DNA from: Octopus vulgaris
Taxonomy: Eukaryota
Assembly (NCBI GenBank): GCA_951406725.2
Contig: OX597837.1
Location: 1,612,001 to 1,676,000 of the forward strand
Direction of reading: 5' to 3'
Length of the DNA: 64,000 nucleotides
Positions 1 to 15,190 of the stretch are shown here, piece by piece (the stretch's first letter is position 1; each line of letters starts with the position of its first letter). The position numbers were made by a program, and so were the translations under genes. The notes below the pieces were generated by a model, which saw nothing but the letters and a program-made list of their open reading frames with translations, made no database searches and was not told the DNA's origin.

Positions 1-229
1 AAACCCCTCTCTTTCTCCATGTAGATAAAGTCATCAACAATCCTCATGTTTTCCGCCATCTTCCCCCCCCCCCCGCCCTCGTTTATTGTTCGACCACTCC
101 TTTCGTGATGTTCCTATTTCTCATTTAATGGGGGTTTGTCTGTGCATGACTATATTCGCTGGAGGTCCGTTGTTATGGTGTTGGGTTACATAACCAACGA
201 TCTCCCTGCACTCACACATACCATACCCG

Positions 230-395
230 TATATGTACACACACACACACACGTATGTATGTACACCGATATATATATATATATAGAGAGAGAGATGTAT
301 ATGTATATATATATATATATATACGTATATATGTATGTATGTATGTATGTATATATATATATATATGTATGTATGTATATATATATATATGTATG

Positions 396-433
<38 letters not shown>

Positions 434-738
434 TGTATATATATATATATGTATATATATATATGTATATATGTATATATATGTATATATGTATATATAT
501 GTATATATATGTATATATGTATATATATATATGTATTATATATATGTATATATGTATATATATGTATATATATATGTATATATATGTATATATATCTATA
601 TATATGTATATATATATGTATATATGTATGTATATATATATATATATATAATGTTTGTATATGTATATAATATATATATATGTATATATGTATGTATATA
701 TATATATAATGTTTGTATATGTATATAATATATATATA

Positions 739-776
<38 letters not shown>
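230..776. repeat. Compound (TA)n/(TATG)n microsatellite, representative of dozens in the window
   Basis: Directly visible; source of the Y/I/H/M/C-rich pseudo-ORFs. Confidence 0.98.
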
Positions 777-779
<3 letters not shown>

Positions 780-1124
780 GTATGTATTCCCACCCATTAA
801 TATCGTTTGCTCTTCCATTATATTCACACACACTGGGAAGGCTCACTTCCGTCATGACCGCCATGTTCAATCATTGGACGAAACCCTCTCCGATATATCA
901 ATCAACTGTTTATTCCCTTTTCTTTTGCACCCGCCATACACAACATAAAGCAGCACTACGAGGCAACATGTTTATTTGCTTGTGTGCACGTGACCGGAAC
1001 CTCTATAACCATTTACATGTCTATCTGCGCGTGCCTTCGCGCGTGTGTGCGTTTCTGTGTGTGTGCGTATGTGCGTATGTGTGTGTGCTTTTGGTGTTTG
1101 GATGTGAGGCTGCGGCTGCCTCTG

Positions 1125-1575
1125 TGTGTTGAACCCCAGGACAACGTTGACAGAGACATAGATGTAATCAAAGATATATATGTATACATATATTCATATT
1201 CGAAAGCGTTTCCTGCCGTGACCATCACGACTTTCTTTCATTAATGTCCATTCTAGAAAATATTCATACTATTAGTGTTATAACGCTGCCGGCCTTTTAA
1301 TTGAAGGAGATGTGGCTGCTATATTTAGCAGGTTTTACGACCACGTAGGAGTTTCTCATTCGTTTGTTTGTATGACGATGTATATTGTTGCTGTTGTTGT
1401 CATTTAACCATAGGCTGGAAAGACATATGAAGGAAGCTTTCCAGCAAGGGCCATCCTGTCTTTTTTTTTTACAAATATGTGGAAGTACGTTTTATTTTTT
1501 TCCAATGTGCCCTTCCTTTTCCCAAGAGATCAAAGCATGATTTCAGAGAGATTTAGTTGCTATCTCTAGCAGATA
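1125..1575. repeat. Two degenerate tandem copies of an interspersed SINE-like repeat
   Basis: Motifs 'ttcc(t/a)gc..gaccatc' and 'gagat(g/t)t(g/a)g(c/t)tgctat..tagca' recur here, with partial matches near 8550, 36230 (-) and 42170. Confidence 0.5.
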
Positions 1576-1771
1576 AGTTTGTGTCTATGTGTCCATCTCT
1601 CTCGAAATTTAGCTCTCTGAGGGTCACGATGTGTATGTGTGTCCGCATATGAGACACGTTGTATGAGTGTGTGGAGTGTGTGTGTGTGTGTGTGAGTGAG
1701 TTTCTGTGTGTATATGGTCAGTGATACGTATATGTATGTGTGTTTGTGTGTGTGTGTGAGTTTGTGTGTGA

Positions 1772-1817
<46 letters not shown>

Positions 1818-2063
1818 TCTTTAAGTGTAACTTCGGTGGAGGGACTGTGCGAATAAAAGTATTTTATGTTTGAGGGAATACGTGCATCAGTGTATGTGCG
1901 CGCGCATATGTGTCTGTGTGAGCGCGCTTGAATGAATTGTGTGTGTGCACGCGTGTGTGTGTGCACGCGTGTGTGTGCACGCGTGTGTGTGTGCACGCGT
2001 GTGTGTGTGCACGCGTGTGTGTGTGTGTGTGGTTATATACGAGCTGACGTGCCGTGGTACACC

Positions 2064-2114
<51 letters not shown>

Positions 2115-2836
2115 TGTGTATACAGAAATGTGTATGAATGCGATGCTGTGTTGCGTGTGTGATTGATGGTACATGTGCGTATGCATAAACATATGTATGT
2201 ATGCGTGTTTGCACATTTCTCTGAGTACCGTAGTATGCGTGTATGTTTGTATGTGCGTGTGTGTGTGTCGCCGTTTCGCTGTTTATGAGTATGTGTGTAA
2301 ATTGTTAAATGACTGTAAGTGATTTATATATGCTGCGTGTGTGAGTGTGTGTGTGCGTGCAAATTAAGACTGCGCATGCATATATACATATAATATATAT
2401 ATATATATATACGTAAATCTTCGTGCGTATACTGTATATAGTTACGCATTTGACCATCTGCGTGTGCGTGTTTGTGCGTATACGATTATTTGTGAACCTG
2501 TGTGCACATATCAAGTGTGCATCGTGTGAATATGTGTTCGATGTTCATTCTGCTCTCCATTACATCAATATTGGTGTTCGTGCATGTGAATGCAAAAATG
2601 TGCAGCAAGCCTGCTATTTGATCTTTCTCTTGTTGTTGTGGTTGTTGTTCCTCTTGTTTTTGTTGTTGGTTTTAGCGGTGTTTTTGTTTTGTTTATTACT
2701 TTTTGTTATAGTTTTTACTTATTTGCTTTTTTGGCAAACAAAACAGTAAATAAGCATTAATTCAGTCACACCAACACACACATAGAAGCACACACACACA
2801 CGTACATATATATGTATATATATATATATATTTAAG

Positions 2837-2869
<33 letters not shown>

Positions 2870-3225
2870 ATAATATATATATATATTATACATATATATA
2901 CATATATAAACATACGTATATATACATATATACATATACATAATATATACAAACACATATATACCTACACATATATACATATATGTATATATACATATAT
3001 ATACATACATACATATATATATATGTACATACATGCATACACATACATGCATACATACATATATACGTACATGTATGCATACACATACATGCATACATAC
3101 ATATATATACATATATATGTATATACATATATATATATATATATTTATGTACATACATGCATACATATATGCGTACATATATGCATACACATACATGCAT
3201 ACATACATATATATACATATGTATG

Positions 3226-3269
<44 letters not shown>

Positions 3270-3449
3270 CGATACTTCGAAGTATATGTGTACATGGTGA
3301 AGGATATAAATTGCCAGAAAGGGAAATAGTTAGAAGAATGCGTATACACGTGTGGTTGGTTGAGTATGTATATATCTAACTATCTGTCTCTATATTTATA
3401 TATATATACATATATACATATATACATATATAATGTATGTTTGTAAATG

Positions 3450-3503
<54 letters not shown>

Positions 3504-3537
3504 CATATATAATGTATGTTTGTAAATGTATATATAT

Positions 3538-3895
3538 ACTCTTTTACTCTTTTACTTCTTTCAGTCATATGACTGCGGCCATGCTGGAGCACCGCCTTTA
3601 GTCGAGCTTATTCTTTGCCGAACCGCTAAGTAACGGGGACGTAAACACACCAGCATCGGTTGTCAAGTAATGCTTGGAGGACAAACACAGACACACAAAC
3701 ACACACATATATATATATATATACATATATACGACAGGCTTCTTTCAGTTTCCGTCTACCAAATCCACTCACAAGGCATTGGTCGGCCCGGGGCTATAGC
3801 AGAAGACACTTGCCCAAGATGCCACGCAGTGGGACTGAACCCGGAACCATGTGGTTGGTTAGCAAGCTACTTACCACACAGCCACTCCTGCGGCC
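3538..3895 (-). mobile_element. tRNA-derived SINE, family A (internal microsatellite)
   Basis: Minus strand reads gtggctgtgtggtaag...ggttccgggttcagtcccactgcgtggca.cttgggcaagtgtc (A/B-box-like head). Other copies at about 7325-7708(-), 13488-13641(-), 21099-21440(-), 39585-39993(+), 40460-41027(-), 52297-52553(+), 59215-59620(-). Confidence 0.85.
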
Positions 3896-4114
3896 ATGTA
3901 TATATGTAATGTATGTATGCGTCTATGCATGTCTGTAAATGGTCGTGTGTGTCTATGTGTCCATCTCCCTCGAAATTTAGCTCTCTGTGTTGTGTCATCC
4001 ATTCTCGTCTCAGCAAAACTGCTCCTTACCATGAAATCTTTCTCTTCCACCCTTCCTCCGATGTGTTTATGATTGTATATATGGGTCATTAACAATGTGT
4101 TTTCCTGGTGTACT

Positions 4115-4183
<69 letters not shown>

Positions 4184-4216
4184 GTATATATATATATGTA
4201 TATATATATATATGTA

Positions 4217-4266
<50 letters not shown>

Positions 4267-5450
4267 GAATACATTTGTGTGTGTGCTTATATATTTACCT
4301 GAATACGTGTATATGTGTGTGTGTGTGTGTAAGTGTGATTGGAGTCGATAGTGAATCTTTATTTTCGGTATATATATCATTTTGTGTGTTTAGCATACGT
4401 GCCTTCGAATATCTAACACAATATAAATAGTTAGCACCCATCATAGATCATACTATATCTGTGCTTGTTTGGTTGGCTGGTTGGTTGGTTGGATGGATGG
4501 CAACACCGCTGGTCGCCTGGCTTACTGGCTGGTTGGCTGGCTGGCAGGTTGGTCTAGCGCACAATATTTTCTTTGTGAACAAGATTACCAAGCTCTCTCC
4601 GTCTGTCTGAGTATCAATCTGCTTCTGTGAGTGCTTGTACATATGTGTGTGTGTGTGTATAAATATACATACATATGTGTGTGTGTATGTTTATATACTG
4701 ACTGATAGGCATATACTAGTGTTTTAAGTGGATTATCTATAGTTGGCAGATGCCTTCAAGCGCCTTCAGTCTACGCATTCATATATATATACATATAACC
4801 ATAACACAACGTACAAAAATTTTATATATATATATATGGATGTATATACAAACACACACACACACATCTATATATAAGCATTAACATAGAAAAGTATGCA
4901 TATATATCGTGTAGAGTAAATATACACACACACACATCTGGTAGGTGTGATTGGTGTATGGCAGCCATGTTTGTTCAGAATGATGTACGTGTCGTGGAAT
5001 TGACAACGAGTTTTATCACCCTTGTTTTGACATATAGTAACTATACAACAGGTGATTACTCTATCGTATGCACATCATTTTATCGCTCCCCCTCTTTCTT
5101 CTCTCTCTCTCTCTCTCTCTCTCTAGCTCCTTCAATGCCTGTGCGTAATGTTTTTTTTTTTGTTTTTCCTTTCTTTGATTGTGTCTGTATAATTATTTAC
5201 ACTTTCTCTCTTCTTTTTTCTTGTTTTGTTAATTTTGTATTTCTTTTATTGGAATCCGCTTTCTTGTGTCCCCCCTCCTCTCCGCTCTCTTTCTCTCTCC
5301 CTTTTCACCTGATGTTTATGAATGTGTGTGTGAGAGAGTGTGAGTGTGTGTGTTTTATTTTCGTCGCTAACTTCACTTTTTAGTCATCATTTGTCCTCTC
5401 TCTATCACAAAGAGACTTTTTCCCCATACACATATATACATATATGGATG

Positions 5451-5531
<81 letters not shown>

Positions 5532-6196
5532 GGGAGCGTGCTTGTGTGTGTGAGTGGATCAATTAAATAATTTACGTGCTCACGTGTCGTAGGTTCAAAT
5601 CTCTAGCTTTGATTTTGGTTTTGTTTCTACGTCAATGGGCAAAACATGTTATTCCACACTTCTTCCTTTCGGTATTTTTAAGGTTGGGCCTATGTAACTT
5701 AAAAATCCAGTTTACTCGTAATCCATAACTGATCATCGCAAATCCGTTCAATCCCCCGAAGATATCTGCCAGGAATATATACCAGTTTTATAAAGCAATT
5801 TTAGAACCATATTGGCAATCTCAGCCCATAGCCCCACTTATCACCGTGGCAATCAGCCCGAGAGTTAAGGTCAGTATATTTCCCACCATGCCATAATCTA
5901 CCGAAAGGTTTACGCGGATGTCAGGAGTGAATGGTTAGATAATGTTGTCGAATCAATTCATTTAGTGTCAAGAATAGGAATCCAGAACAACTTCGATGAA
6001 CGTCAGCATTTGTTTACGACTCTATTTCCACGAGCTCGGAATGGTGAAAGGTAAATTTCACCTTATAGATGCAAAGTTTGATTACACAATCTAAAGAGTT
6101 GGAGCAAATATCGCGCAGTATTTCTTTCTCCAGTACGCTTAAAATTTTGCCCATTTCGTTACACAACGGAATGATAATAATAATAACTTATAATAA

Positions 6197-6600
6197 CTAG
6201 CGGGACCATGAATATTTCACGAATTAATGGTAAACCTATTGGATTATTTCTGAAAACTTTATCCAAAAAAACCTGAAAACCTGTGTAGAGTTTGTATAGA
6301 AAGTTTAGTCACTCTATGCTTGTCATTAAAAAGTGAAAGAAATTGGAATACGATGATTACTTAATGCTCTTTATATATACACTTTATATACTTTATCAAC
6401 AATTTTATAGACTTTATACACAATACTCATAAAATATTCATTCTTATTTTTCCATTTTTCCCATGAGCAAAAAAAAAACCCGTACATATGATACAACCTT
6501 TAGTTAAATTGATATCTGCCGCATAAATAAGCGTGAATATTTCACGGAATTGCTCTTATGCGCATGCATTAAGTGATATAAAACAAACTTAGTTCAATTA
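6197..6600 (-). mobile_element. Possible non-autonomous Helitron-derived element
   Basis: a|CTAG at 6197-6200 with an adjacent tgaa-tat-ttca hairpin; the hairpin recurs as cgtgaa-tat-ttcacg at 6532-6546. Far boundary uncertain. Confidence 0.4.
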
Positions 6601-6865
6601 CAAAATTGAAGCCTATAAGGTAGACTTTTCACTATCCAATCACCAACGCCACCACCACCACATCCATTTCCACCACCTCCATCTCCACTACCCACATTAC
6701 CATATTTCTCCCTCCTCCCTCTCCTTCTCTCTGCCTCTCTTTAACCTCACCATCAGCACATCAGCTCTCTGCTAAAATTATATTTCTAACTCTCCTCTTC
6801 TATATCATCATTACCTTGAACTAACTTTTGTAACCACGTAATAAATATTACATTTCCCCTCATAA

Positions 6866-7200
6866 CATGGACACTTCTCTTGTAGTGGTTTTGGGGAAGT
6901 CTAGGGCATTCGTTCGTGATATGGGCAATGGTTTCATCCACTCCATTACTGATGCGGCACAGCAGAAGCACTTGCTAATGTTGATCCTCCTAAGATTGAC
7001 CCTCCAGTTCGTGGCCAGAGCTTGGTCCTGCGCTGCCAGTATAGTGCTCTGGGTCTCTTTCTTTTAGTGTTTTTTTCAGCCAATCCCAACTATTTTTCCA
7101 GTAAGTTCTTTTGTGGCTCCATGGAATTCATTGTTTAGTCTCTTGTTGCGTAATTCTTCTTCATGTCCTTTTTCTACTTCTTCCTTTGTTTTCTCTTTTC
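6866..7200 (-). pseudogene. Decayed R4/Dong-like (RLE-type) non-LTR retrotransposon fragment
   Basis: Frameshifted translation SWDWLK..KETQSTILAAQDQALATN..CRI...ETIAHITNECPRLPQNHYKR matches the CCHC region of R4/Dong ORFs. Confidence 0.8.
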
Positions 7201-8315
7201 TCTTTTATCATATGGTAAGGGAACAAAGACACTAGAACCCGTTCACATTCATCAGATCTATCCCCAAACCACAATATCACCAACTGGTACTCTAAAACCA
7301 GATACCAAAGGAATCATATTTATTCTTTTATGCTCCTGCTTGTTTAAGTCACTTGACTGCGGCCATGCTGGAGCAACACCTTAAAAGATTTTTTAATCAA
7401 AGAAATTGACCCAGGATTTATTCTTTGTAAGCCTAGTACTTATTCTATCGGTATCCTTTCCCGAACGCTAAGTTACAAGGGACGTAAACACACCAGCATT
7501 GGGTGTCAAGCGATGAGTGGGGATACACAAAGACATACATAAAGACGCACGCAAATATATCTCAGTTTCTGGTCTGTCTACCCAATCCACTCACAAGCCT
7601 TTGGTCGGCCCGAGACTATATAGAAGGCACTTGCCCAAGGTGCCACGCAGTGGGATTGAACCCGGAGCCATGTGTTGGGAAGTGAGCTACTTACCACGCA
7701 GCCACGCAGTTCATATTTCAACCAGAATTTACGAACCGATTTACTTAGCTGTGCTAGTAATAAGAAGCAGTTTAGTCTAAGAAGGTTCAAATTTAGACAA
7801 CTTTCCTTAACCTCTCCATCAACGGTGGTAAGGTTGAACTGATGCAGTCTTTGGCGTCAGTTTCAAATTCTCTTCATCTACCTGTAATCAATAAAATGCA
7901 AGATCAAACTGGGAATGGACAGTACATGACCACACTCCACCACAAACTCCATCTGGCCGTTAGGAATAAATACTCGATTGTCCTAGAAATGATCACCTTC
8001 TCTTAACACTCCACCAATTACAACACCTGTCAGTTAGGAATAGGTACACCAGCAATCTGGGTTAGTCGCAGACGTTAGTCAGTTCAGTCCTACTCATTCA
8101 TCAATCAAGAATAAGAACAAGATCAATAAGATTAACCCCACCCCCACCCAGAGCACAGTCTACCAAATCAATTCACTTAATTTTAGAAGCAGCTCTTTGA
8201 ACGAGTCTTACACTTTGTATACAGTCTAACAATCAATTGGTTTAATTGTCAATAATCAGTGCCTAATCAATCAAAGTTGAACATCAAACCACAATAACCC
8301 AATCATTGATCTCCC

Positions 8316-8367
<52 letters not shown>

Positions 8368-9035
8368 TGTGTGTTTGTCCACTCTTGTCTCGCTAATTTT
8401 CACATTTGCCACTTACAGACTTATAACTAAACTTTTCTGAGTACGATTTGATGAATTAAATAACATAAGGCGTTGCTGCAGCATGGCCGCAGTCTAATGA
8501 TTAAAACAAGCAACAGTATAAAACGATTCCATTCTTATATAAGAAAGACAGGTGTGAAATTGAGGGAGATGTGTCTACTATTTCTAGCACTTCTTTCAAC
8601 TACCTTATAGGCTTTCCTATTCATCGTATAGCTACATCTGCTGCTGCTGCTGCTGCTGCTGTGCCTGTTTTGTGACGTCATCATTATGGAAAGTTTTCAG
8701 CAAGTTCTTCCGTTGGAATTTTCTCGGAAGATAACAGGTGTCGACTAAAATGGTGAGGATGGCCCCCACCCCACGTCACAACCCTGACATTAAAACCCTG
8801 GCCGCACCCTCCACCACCCTCCACAATTGCATTCAATCCTCTACAATTACTTTCCCTTCCTTACATATGCTTATATAAGACATCATCCCTCATCCCTTTC
8901 CCAACACCTTCAACTCATACAAGCATTCATGTCTATATGTGTGTGTATATATATATAAATATGTATGTGTGAGTGTATGCATGTATGTGCATCGTGTACT
9001 CACCTGTATATGATGTATTAAATATACGTGCATAG

Positions 9036-9075
<40 letters not shown>

Positions 9076-9122
9076 ACATACATACATACATACATACACA
9101 CACATACATATATATACACATG

Positions 9123-9155
<33 letters not shown>

Positions 9156-9387
9156 TTATGTATATATGTATCTATATGGAGAGGGCGGCACGTGTGTGTG
9201 TGTGTGTGAATATGTATATGTTTATATTGATAGAAATATATTCACAGGTGTGTTAGATGACATAAGTTTGTATGGGAATGTATAAACAACGACCAATGTG
9301 ACACAGACATACACATCTATATATATAAACATATATAAACATATATATATATACGTTTAAATATTTGTTGTGCAAGATTTTTTATAT

Positions 9388-9421
<34 letters not shown>

Positions 9422-9859
9422 ATATATATAAACATATATATAAACATATATATATATACATATATATATATATACATACATATATATACACGCGTAGACA
9501 CTGAGAGAATGAGAGAGGGGTGTGTTTTGATTAACTGCGTGTTTGAAGGAGATCAGTGCCAGGCAGGGAAACCTTATAATTGCTTATCTCTTTGCAGTGT
9601 GTTTCCTTATCCGCCATTACAACACACCAAGAGATTAGGATAATCTTTATCTGTCAGTTTGTGCTTCTCGAAATTTTTCGTTAGGGGGGAAAAGAGAAAA
9701 AGAAAAAGAAAAAGAAAACAAGAGAAAAAGAATAAGCAAACCCCTCTCTCTTCTCCCTCCTTCTCTTTCGCTTCTTCATCATTTTTATTGAAACTAACAG
9801 CGTTATCATTGAATCTAATACCACTCCTACTAGAGCCCATACTACAATGTTCTCACGTA

Positions 9860-10762
9860 ATATTTACGTTACTACTACTGCTATTACTACAACAACCACA
9901 ACTACAATATTAACTTTGCCAACACTCTTATTATCATCATCATATAAATATGACCACCACTACGACCGCCACAGTGACAAATGCACCTACGACTACAATC
10001 ATTAATGGAGCCAGCATCCCCGCCCACGAAAATGAGAGCCATGACCAACACCGCCATCACGACAACCACAAGCACCACCACCACTTACACTATCACTACA
10101 ACAACAACAACAAACAAAAGTACCACCAACACCATCATGACAACCATCACCACCACCACCACAACAACGATCGCAAGCACCACTATCAGCAACCACGTCC
10201 TCTGCAATCACCACCACAGTAACCACCACCACCCCAAACACCACCTCTGCAATCACCACCACCACCACAGCAACCACCATCACCGCAACCACCGCCACCG
10301 CAACCACCACCACTGCTACCACTACCACTGCTAACAACACCACCACTGCAACCACCACATGACAACCACAAACACCACTACCACCACTACCACCCCCAAA
10401 ACAAAAAATATCACCATCACTACCACCATCGCCACTACAAACGTACCATCGTCATTAGTACAACTTCTGCCGTCACCACCACCAGCAATAAAACGCCCAC
10501 CGCTACCAACACAAAGACCACCACCACTCTCATTACTTTTACATTACTTTGCAACTACCACCACTACCATTAGCATTTCCAACAACACTATCAACGTGAC
10601 CACCACCAACGAGAACACCAACATCATCGTTTTTATTCGCTACTATCACCATAGCTACCACTTTTAAAACTACTAAGACTACTACCACCACCACCACCTC
10701 CATCACCACAACTAAAACAACCGATATCACCAACATCACAACCACGTAGCCAACACAGTGAT

Positions 10763-10807
<45 letters not shown>

Positions 10808-10835
10808 CACCACAACCACAGCCACCACCACCATT
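9860..10835. repeat. Degenerate (ACC/CAC/ACT)n trinucleotide low-complexity tract
   Basis: Visible directly; gives poly-T/H/V pseudo-ORFs on both strands. Confidence 0.9.
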
Positions 10836-11191
10836 TCTATCGAATCTCCACCGATGTTACTGTTCCTACAGACGCTGGTGATTGAATTCTGGGTGGGCAG
10901 ACGTTTTACTAGAAATAGCAGTCATATCACCCTCAGATCAAACCCTATCATCTCCAAAATGGTTGTGACTTGACAGACAGTACAAACTACCGGTAGACAC
11001 AATAGCTTCAATCAACAACCTCACGATACTGTATACTTTGCGACGTCTATAATAATAATAATAAATAATAATAATAAAAATAATAATAATAATAATGATG
11101 ATGAAAAAGATGATAATGATGATAATAATAATGATAATGATAATAATGATAATGATAATAATAATAATAGTAATAATAGTAATAATAGTGG

Positions 11192-11229
<38 letters not shown>

Positions 11230-11234
11230 GTAAT

Positions 11235-11450
11235 AGCTTCAGATTTTTCCACAAGGGCAGCAATTTGGGGGAGTAGTGGATGAATCGATTACATTGACCC
11301 CCAGTGTTTCACTGGTACTTAATTTATCGACCCCGGAAAGATGAAAGGGGCAAAGTAGACTTCGACGGAATTTGAACTCAGAACGTCTAAAGGTGGACGA
11401 AAAACTGCTAAGCATTTTTCCCGGCGCGCTACCGATTGTGTCAGCTCAAT
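11235..11450 (-). mobile_element. SINE family C (gagctggcagaatcgttagc...ttctgagttcaaattccgccgaggtcgactttgcctttcatcc)
   Basis: Abundant repeat with a B-box-like GAGTTCAAATTCC. Other copies at about 18720-19355(+, three), 23105-23285(+), 34375-34590(-), 36660-37320(-), 39270-39445(+), 40724-40902(+), 41210-42080(-), 55580-56000(+), 60000-60150(-), 63790-64000(+). Confidence 0.85.
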
Positions 11451-12095
11451 GATAATAAGATACATAAAACCGCTCTTTAAAAAGATGGGATGGTCACAGG
11501 TGGATTACCTTTGAGTAGAGGTCTTCTGTATGAGGCCACACCTCAGATAAACACCATCAACAGCAATCACTACAACCATAACAACAACAACAAACTCTAC
11601 TACTACACAACCCTTATTGTCGCTGCTACAACTACTCCCAGTGCTACCACCACTACTACCACCAATACTGTCAGTGCTACAATCACAACCACTGGTACTG
11701 ATACCACAACCAATTCCATCGTTATTACTGCAAGGATTGTCATTATACCTTCACCACCGCCGCTACACCTACCATCATCATCATCATCATTATCATCATC
11801 ACCACCACCACCAACAACAGCAACAATGCCATCGCTGCCACCATCGACACGTATGTCTGTTTATGTGTGTGTGTGTGTGTGGTGGGGGTATGTGACTATG
11901 TCTACGAATGTCAACAAAGTGTTAGCGTGTGTGTTTGTGCGCATGTGTGAAATAAACGTGTCTGTGCGTGTGCAAATAGGCTGTGTGTGTGTGGTGCGTT
12001 TTAATTGTTTTATATGAAGCTGATAGGAGAGTATTATTAATGAAAATATACGTTAGAATGCTCTTCCTGCCATCACAAACAGTTACAAAGCTCGT

Positions 12096-12129
<34 letters not shown>

Positions 12130-12155
12130 CACACATACACACATACATACACATA

Positions 12156-12229
<74 letters not shown>

Positions 12230-12240
12230 CACACATACAC

Positions 12241-12279
<39 letters not shown>

Positions 12280-12897
12280 CACACATACACACACACACAC
12301 ATACACACACACACACACACACACAGTCACACATACACACATACATACACATTTATATAAACACCTAAATACATAATGTGTGTGTGTGTGTATGTACAAA
12401 TACGAATACGCGTATATAACGTATATATGTGTGTGTATACACAGATAGAGAAAGAGAGGAGAGTGTGTGTGTGTGTACGTGTGTTATTGTCCTTATGTGT
12501 TTTTGCGTCGTAATGTCAATGTGTGTGTTTGTGTGTGTTCAGTAATTCCACTCAAGCAAATAATCTCACTTGTAAGTCTTCAACAAACGATGACAATTCC
12601 CGCTGATGTGTTGCGACTTTTATAATGTTATCGCAGAACTAAATATATGGAAGGACAGAGAGAGCGAGAGGAAGTAACAGCGAGTGCCAGTGGAAGAGAG
12701 GGGAGGGGCAGTAATGATGGGAGAGGAAAAAAAGGAGAATAAGTGTCAGGGAGGGAGAGTAAGTGTGAGAGTGTGTTGGTGTAGGAGAGGTGATGTCGGG
12801 AAAATGGTAAATTTCAAGAGAGCTCTTATTATCAAACCGCAGCAGAGTACCTTACAGCCAAACTCACCAAACACACACACAAACACACACGCACACA

Positions 12898-12958
<61 letters not shown>

Positions 12959-13064
12959 GCACACAAACACATATGCACATATATATACACGTCTACGAGA
13001 GGGTGTTTGTTCGTACATATACATAATTCATAGATAGACAAACGTGCACATGCAAACATGCGTA

Positions 13065-13116
<52 letters not shown>

Positions 13117-13424
13117 TTTATACACATGTATCATTGTGTAATATATATGTGAATAAACACGTACATATCGATAAGCACACACACATATATATATACAATA
13201 ATTTTGTTTTGATTATATAAGATCAGCTAGGTTCATAGACACAACGACACACATCACATGCATCTTATATATAATTGTTATTTAATTGTACTGCTAATTA
13301 AATACATTATGAAGCGAACTCTTTCAATATTTGCATATTTCTCATAATTAAGAATATCCTGTCATACTTATAGTATACATATATATCTATATATATGTAT
13401 CTATATATATATGCCTATATACCT

Positions 13425-13470
<46 letters not shown>

Positions 13471-13847
13471 ACATACATGTATATATGCGACGGGCTTCTT
13501 TCAGTTTTCGTGTACCAGAATCCACTCATAAGGCTTTGGTAGACCCGAGGCTATAGTAGAAGACACTTGCCCAAGGTGCCACGCAGTGGGACTGAACCCA
13601 GAAACATGTTGGGAAGCCAGCTTCTTACCACACAGCCACGCTATATATATCTCTCTCTATATATAAATCTGTTCGTGTATATGTGTGTGTGTCTTTGTGT
13701 GTGTGTGTGTGTTTGTGTGTGTTTTGCGTTGTGAAGCTTACTGATATTGACACGTAACTAATAATTCGAACACCGCGTCTTCAGTTAAATTCCCCAAATC
13801 CACTTGTGAGGAACAAATGTCATATTACGAACCCTCTACAGACATGT

Positions 13848-14175
13848 GGCACCCCGTCGGTTACGGCGATGATGAGCGTACCAGTTGATCCGGTCAATGG
13901 AAAAGCCTATTCGTGAGATTAACATGCAAGTGGCTGAGTGTTCCAGAGACACGTGTACCCCTTAACGTAGTTCTCGGGGAGATGCAGCGTGAAACACAGT
14001 GTGACAAGGCTGGCCCCTTTTGAATTACAGGTACAACTCATTTTTGCCAGTTGAATAGACTGGAGCAACGTGAAATAAAGTATCTTGCTCAAGGACACCC
14101 GCGTCACCAGGAACTGAACTCACAACGTTACGATCGTCACCCGAATACGCTAACTACCAATCCACGTGTCTTCAC
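13848..14175 (-). mobile_element. SINE family B
   Basis: Shares ccagttgat.c..tcaa.ggaa.agcct...aac.tgcaagtggctgag...gtgacaaggctggcccttt with 33781-34095. More diverged copies at about 23298-23550, 47190-47395 and 47505-47700. Confidence 0.8.
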
Positions 14176-14269
14176 TACCGAAATTTATACCAATTATAAA
14201 ATTGCCTCAGCTCTTTGATTAACAAAAGTCATTCAAATCGCAAATTGTGGTGTAATAACTCTCGTATAC

Positions 14270-15190
14270 AAAGGTACGTTGCCAGTGATACATTTGTGCC
14301 ATCGCTGAACCCCATTCGTGAACCCTTTTTGCAATAGTTTAGATGTAAACTCTTGTATCTTTTTTCTTCCCTTTCACTTCATCTGTGTTACCAAATCCTT
14401 GTCCCCAAAGACTGCCCTTTGTTGAACTGAACATATGCAAGTTAAAGAGCACCAAATCTGGACTGATATGTCATGCGATATCATTACATTGAAGGGGGAT
14501 CGTTGCAAGATCCTTGTTTGGTCTCTTCCTTGTAAAGCCGTCCCTAAGCGATTTGACTGTTTCAATGTACCAGTTGCTGAGTCGCGTACCAGAAAACTAG
14601 TAAGAAAGATACATCTGTCATCCGTCAAAGCAATCACAATGGCTGTTTGCTAATTCCTAGTACTTGTATCTCTGAGACTTTGGACAAGATGGGTGACACC
14701 ATTCCATAGACCAAGCCTTCATTTGCAGATATGCCCACGAATCATCCTCTGTTGCCAGATCGGAGAAAAACTTTTTCATTCGCTTCAAATGATTCTAGCA
14801 GATCTGAGTCTCCTTTCGTCCTTTTCTCCTTCAACTCGGGTGTTGGCTTTTATCAATTACTGAGGCATTTATATTGCACACTTTCCTATTCTCAGTGTCT
14901 TTTACCATCTGCAATGCATTCTGACTCCAATCCAGTTGTGCAGTAAGGCGAGGGTTGTAGCTTCGTTCACTTGCTAGCGATTGGTGTCAGGGACCGCAAA
15001 TCAAGCTCTCGCTGCGTCGTTTCTTTTCAACACTGGTTTCCATTTCTTCATCTATCAGGGCACGATTGCATTTGTGAACGATATCGTCTGCGTAAGCAGT
15101 CCGCAGCCTTCTGCAATTGTTGGACAACCTGCACATCTTATTCTTCAAGAACTCGATAACGACACATTACCTCCGCTTGGAAAACTATTT
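14270..15190 (-). pseudogene. Decayed mariner-family transposase
   Basis: Frameshifted minus-strand peptides in mariner order: VIEFLK; EDDSWAY..SMEWCHPSCPK (cf. TGDETW..SMEWRHPxSP); YIETVKSLRDGFTRKRP; SPDLVLFNLHMFSSTKGSLWGQGF (cf. YSPDLAPSDFHLF..LK..L.G.RF); VQRWHKCI. Confidence 0.85.

Noticed and set aside
121-870. 249-aa and other Y/I/H/T/V/C-rich ORFs throughout the track
   Set aside because: Translations of dinucleotide and tetranucleotide microsatellites that lack stop codons; no domain signal.
1938-2030. (GTGTGTGTGCACGC)n array resembling regularly spaced repeats
   Set aside because: Slippage-derived minisatellite with no unique spacers; not CRISPR, and the DNA is eukaryotic.
3800-3895. 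tRNA-like A/B boxes in many repeats
   Set aside because: These are SINE heads without a full cloverleaf; not tRNA genes.
5729-5896. About 55 open codons with an AAG|GTCAGT donor-like site
   Set aside because: No recognisable FAS1 or other motif and no convincing acceptor.
9950-10745. Mucin-like Thr/His-rich ORFs
   Set aside because: Open on both strands and in several frames because of trinucleotide repeats; no splice support.
12543-12571. 29-nt micro-exon candidate (ttcAG...T|GTAAGT, NSTQANNLT)
   Set aside because: No partner exon completing an H1 motif was found; such sites arise by chance.
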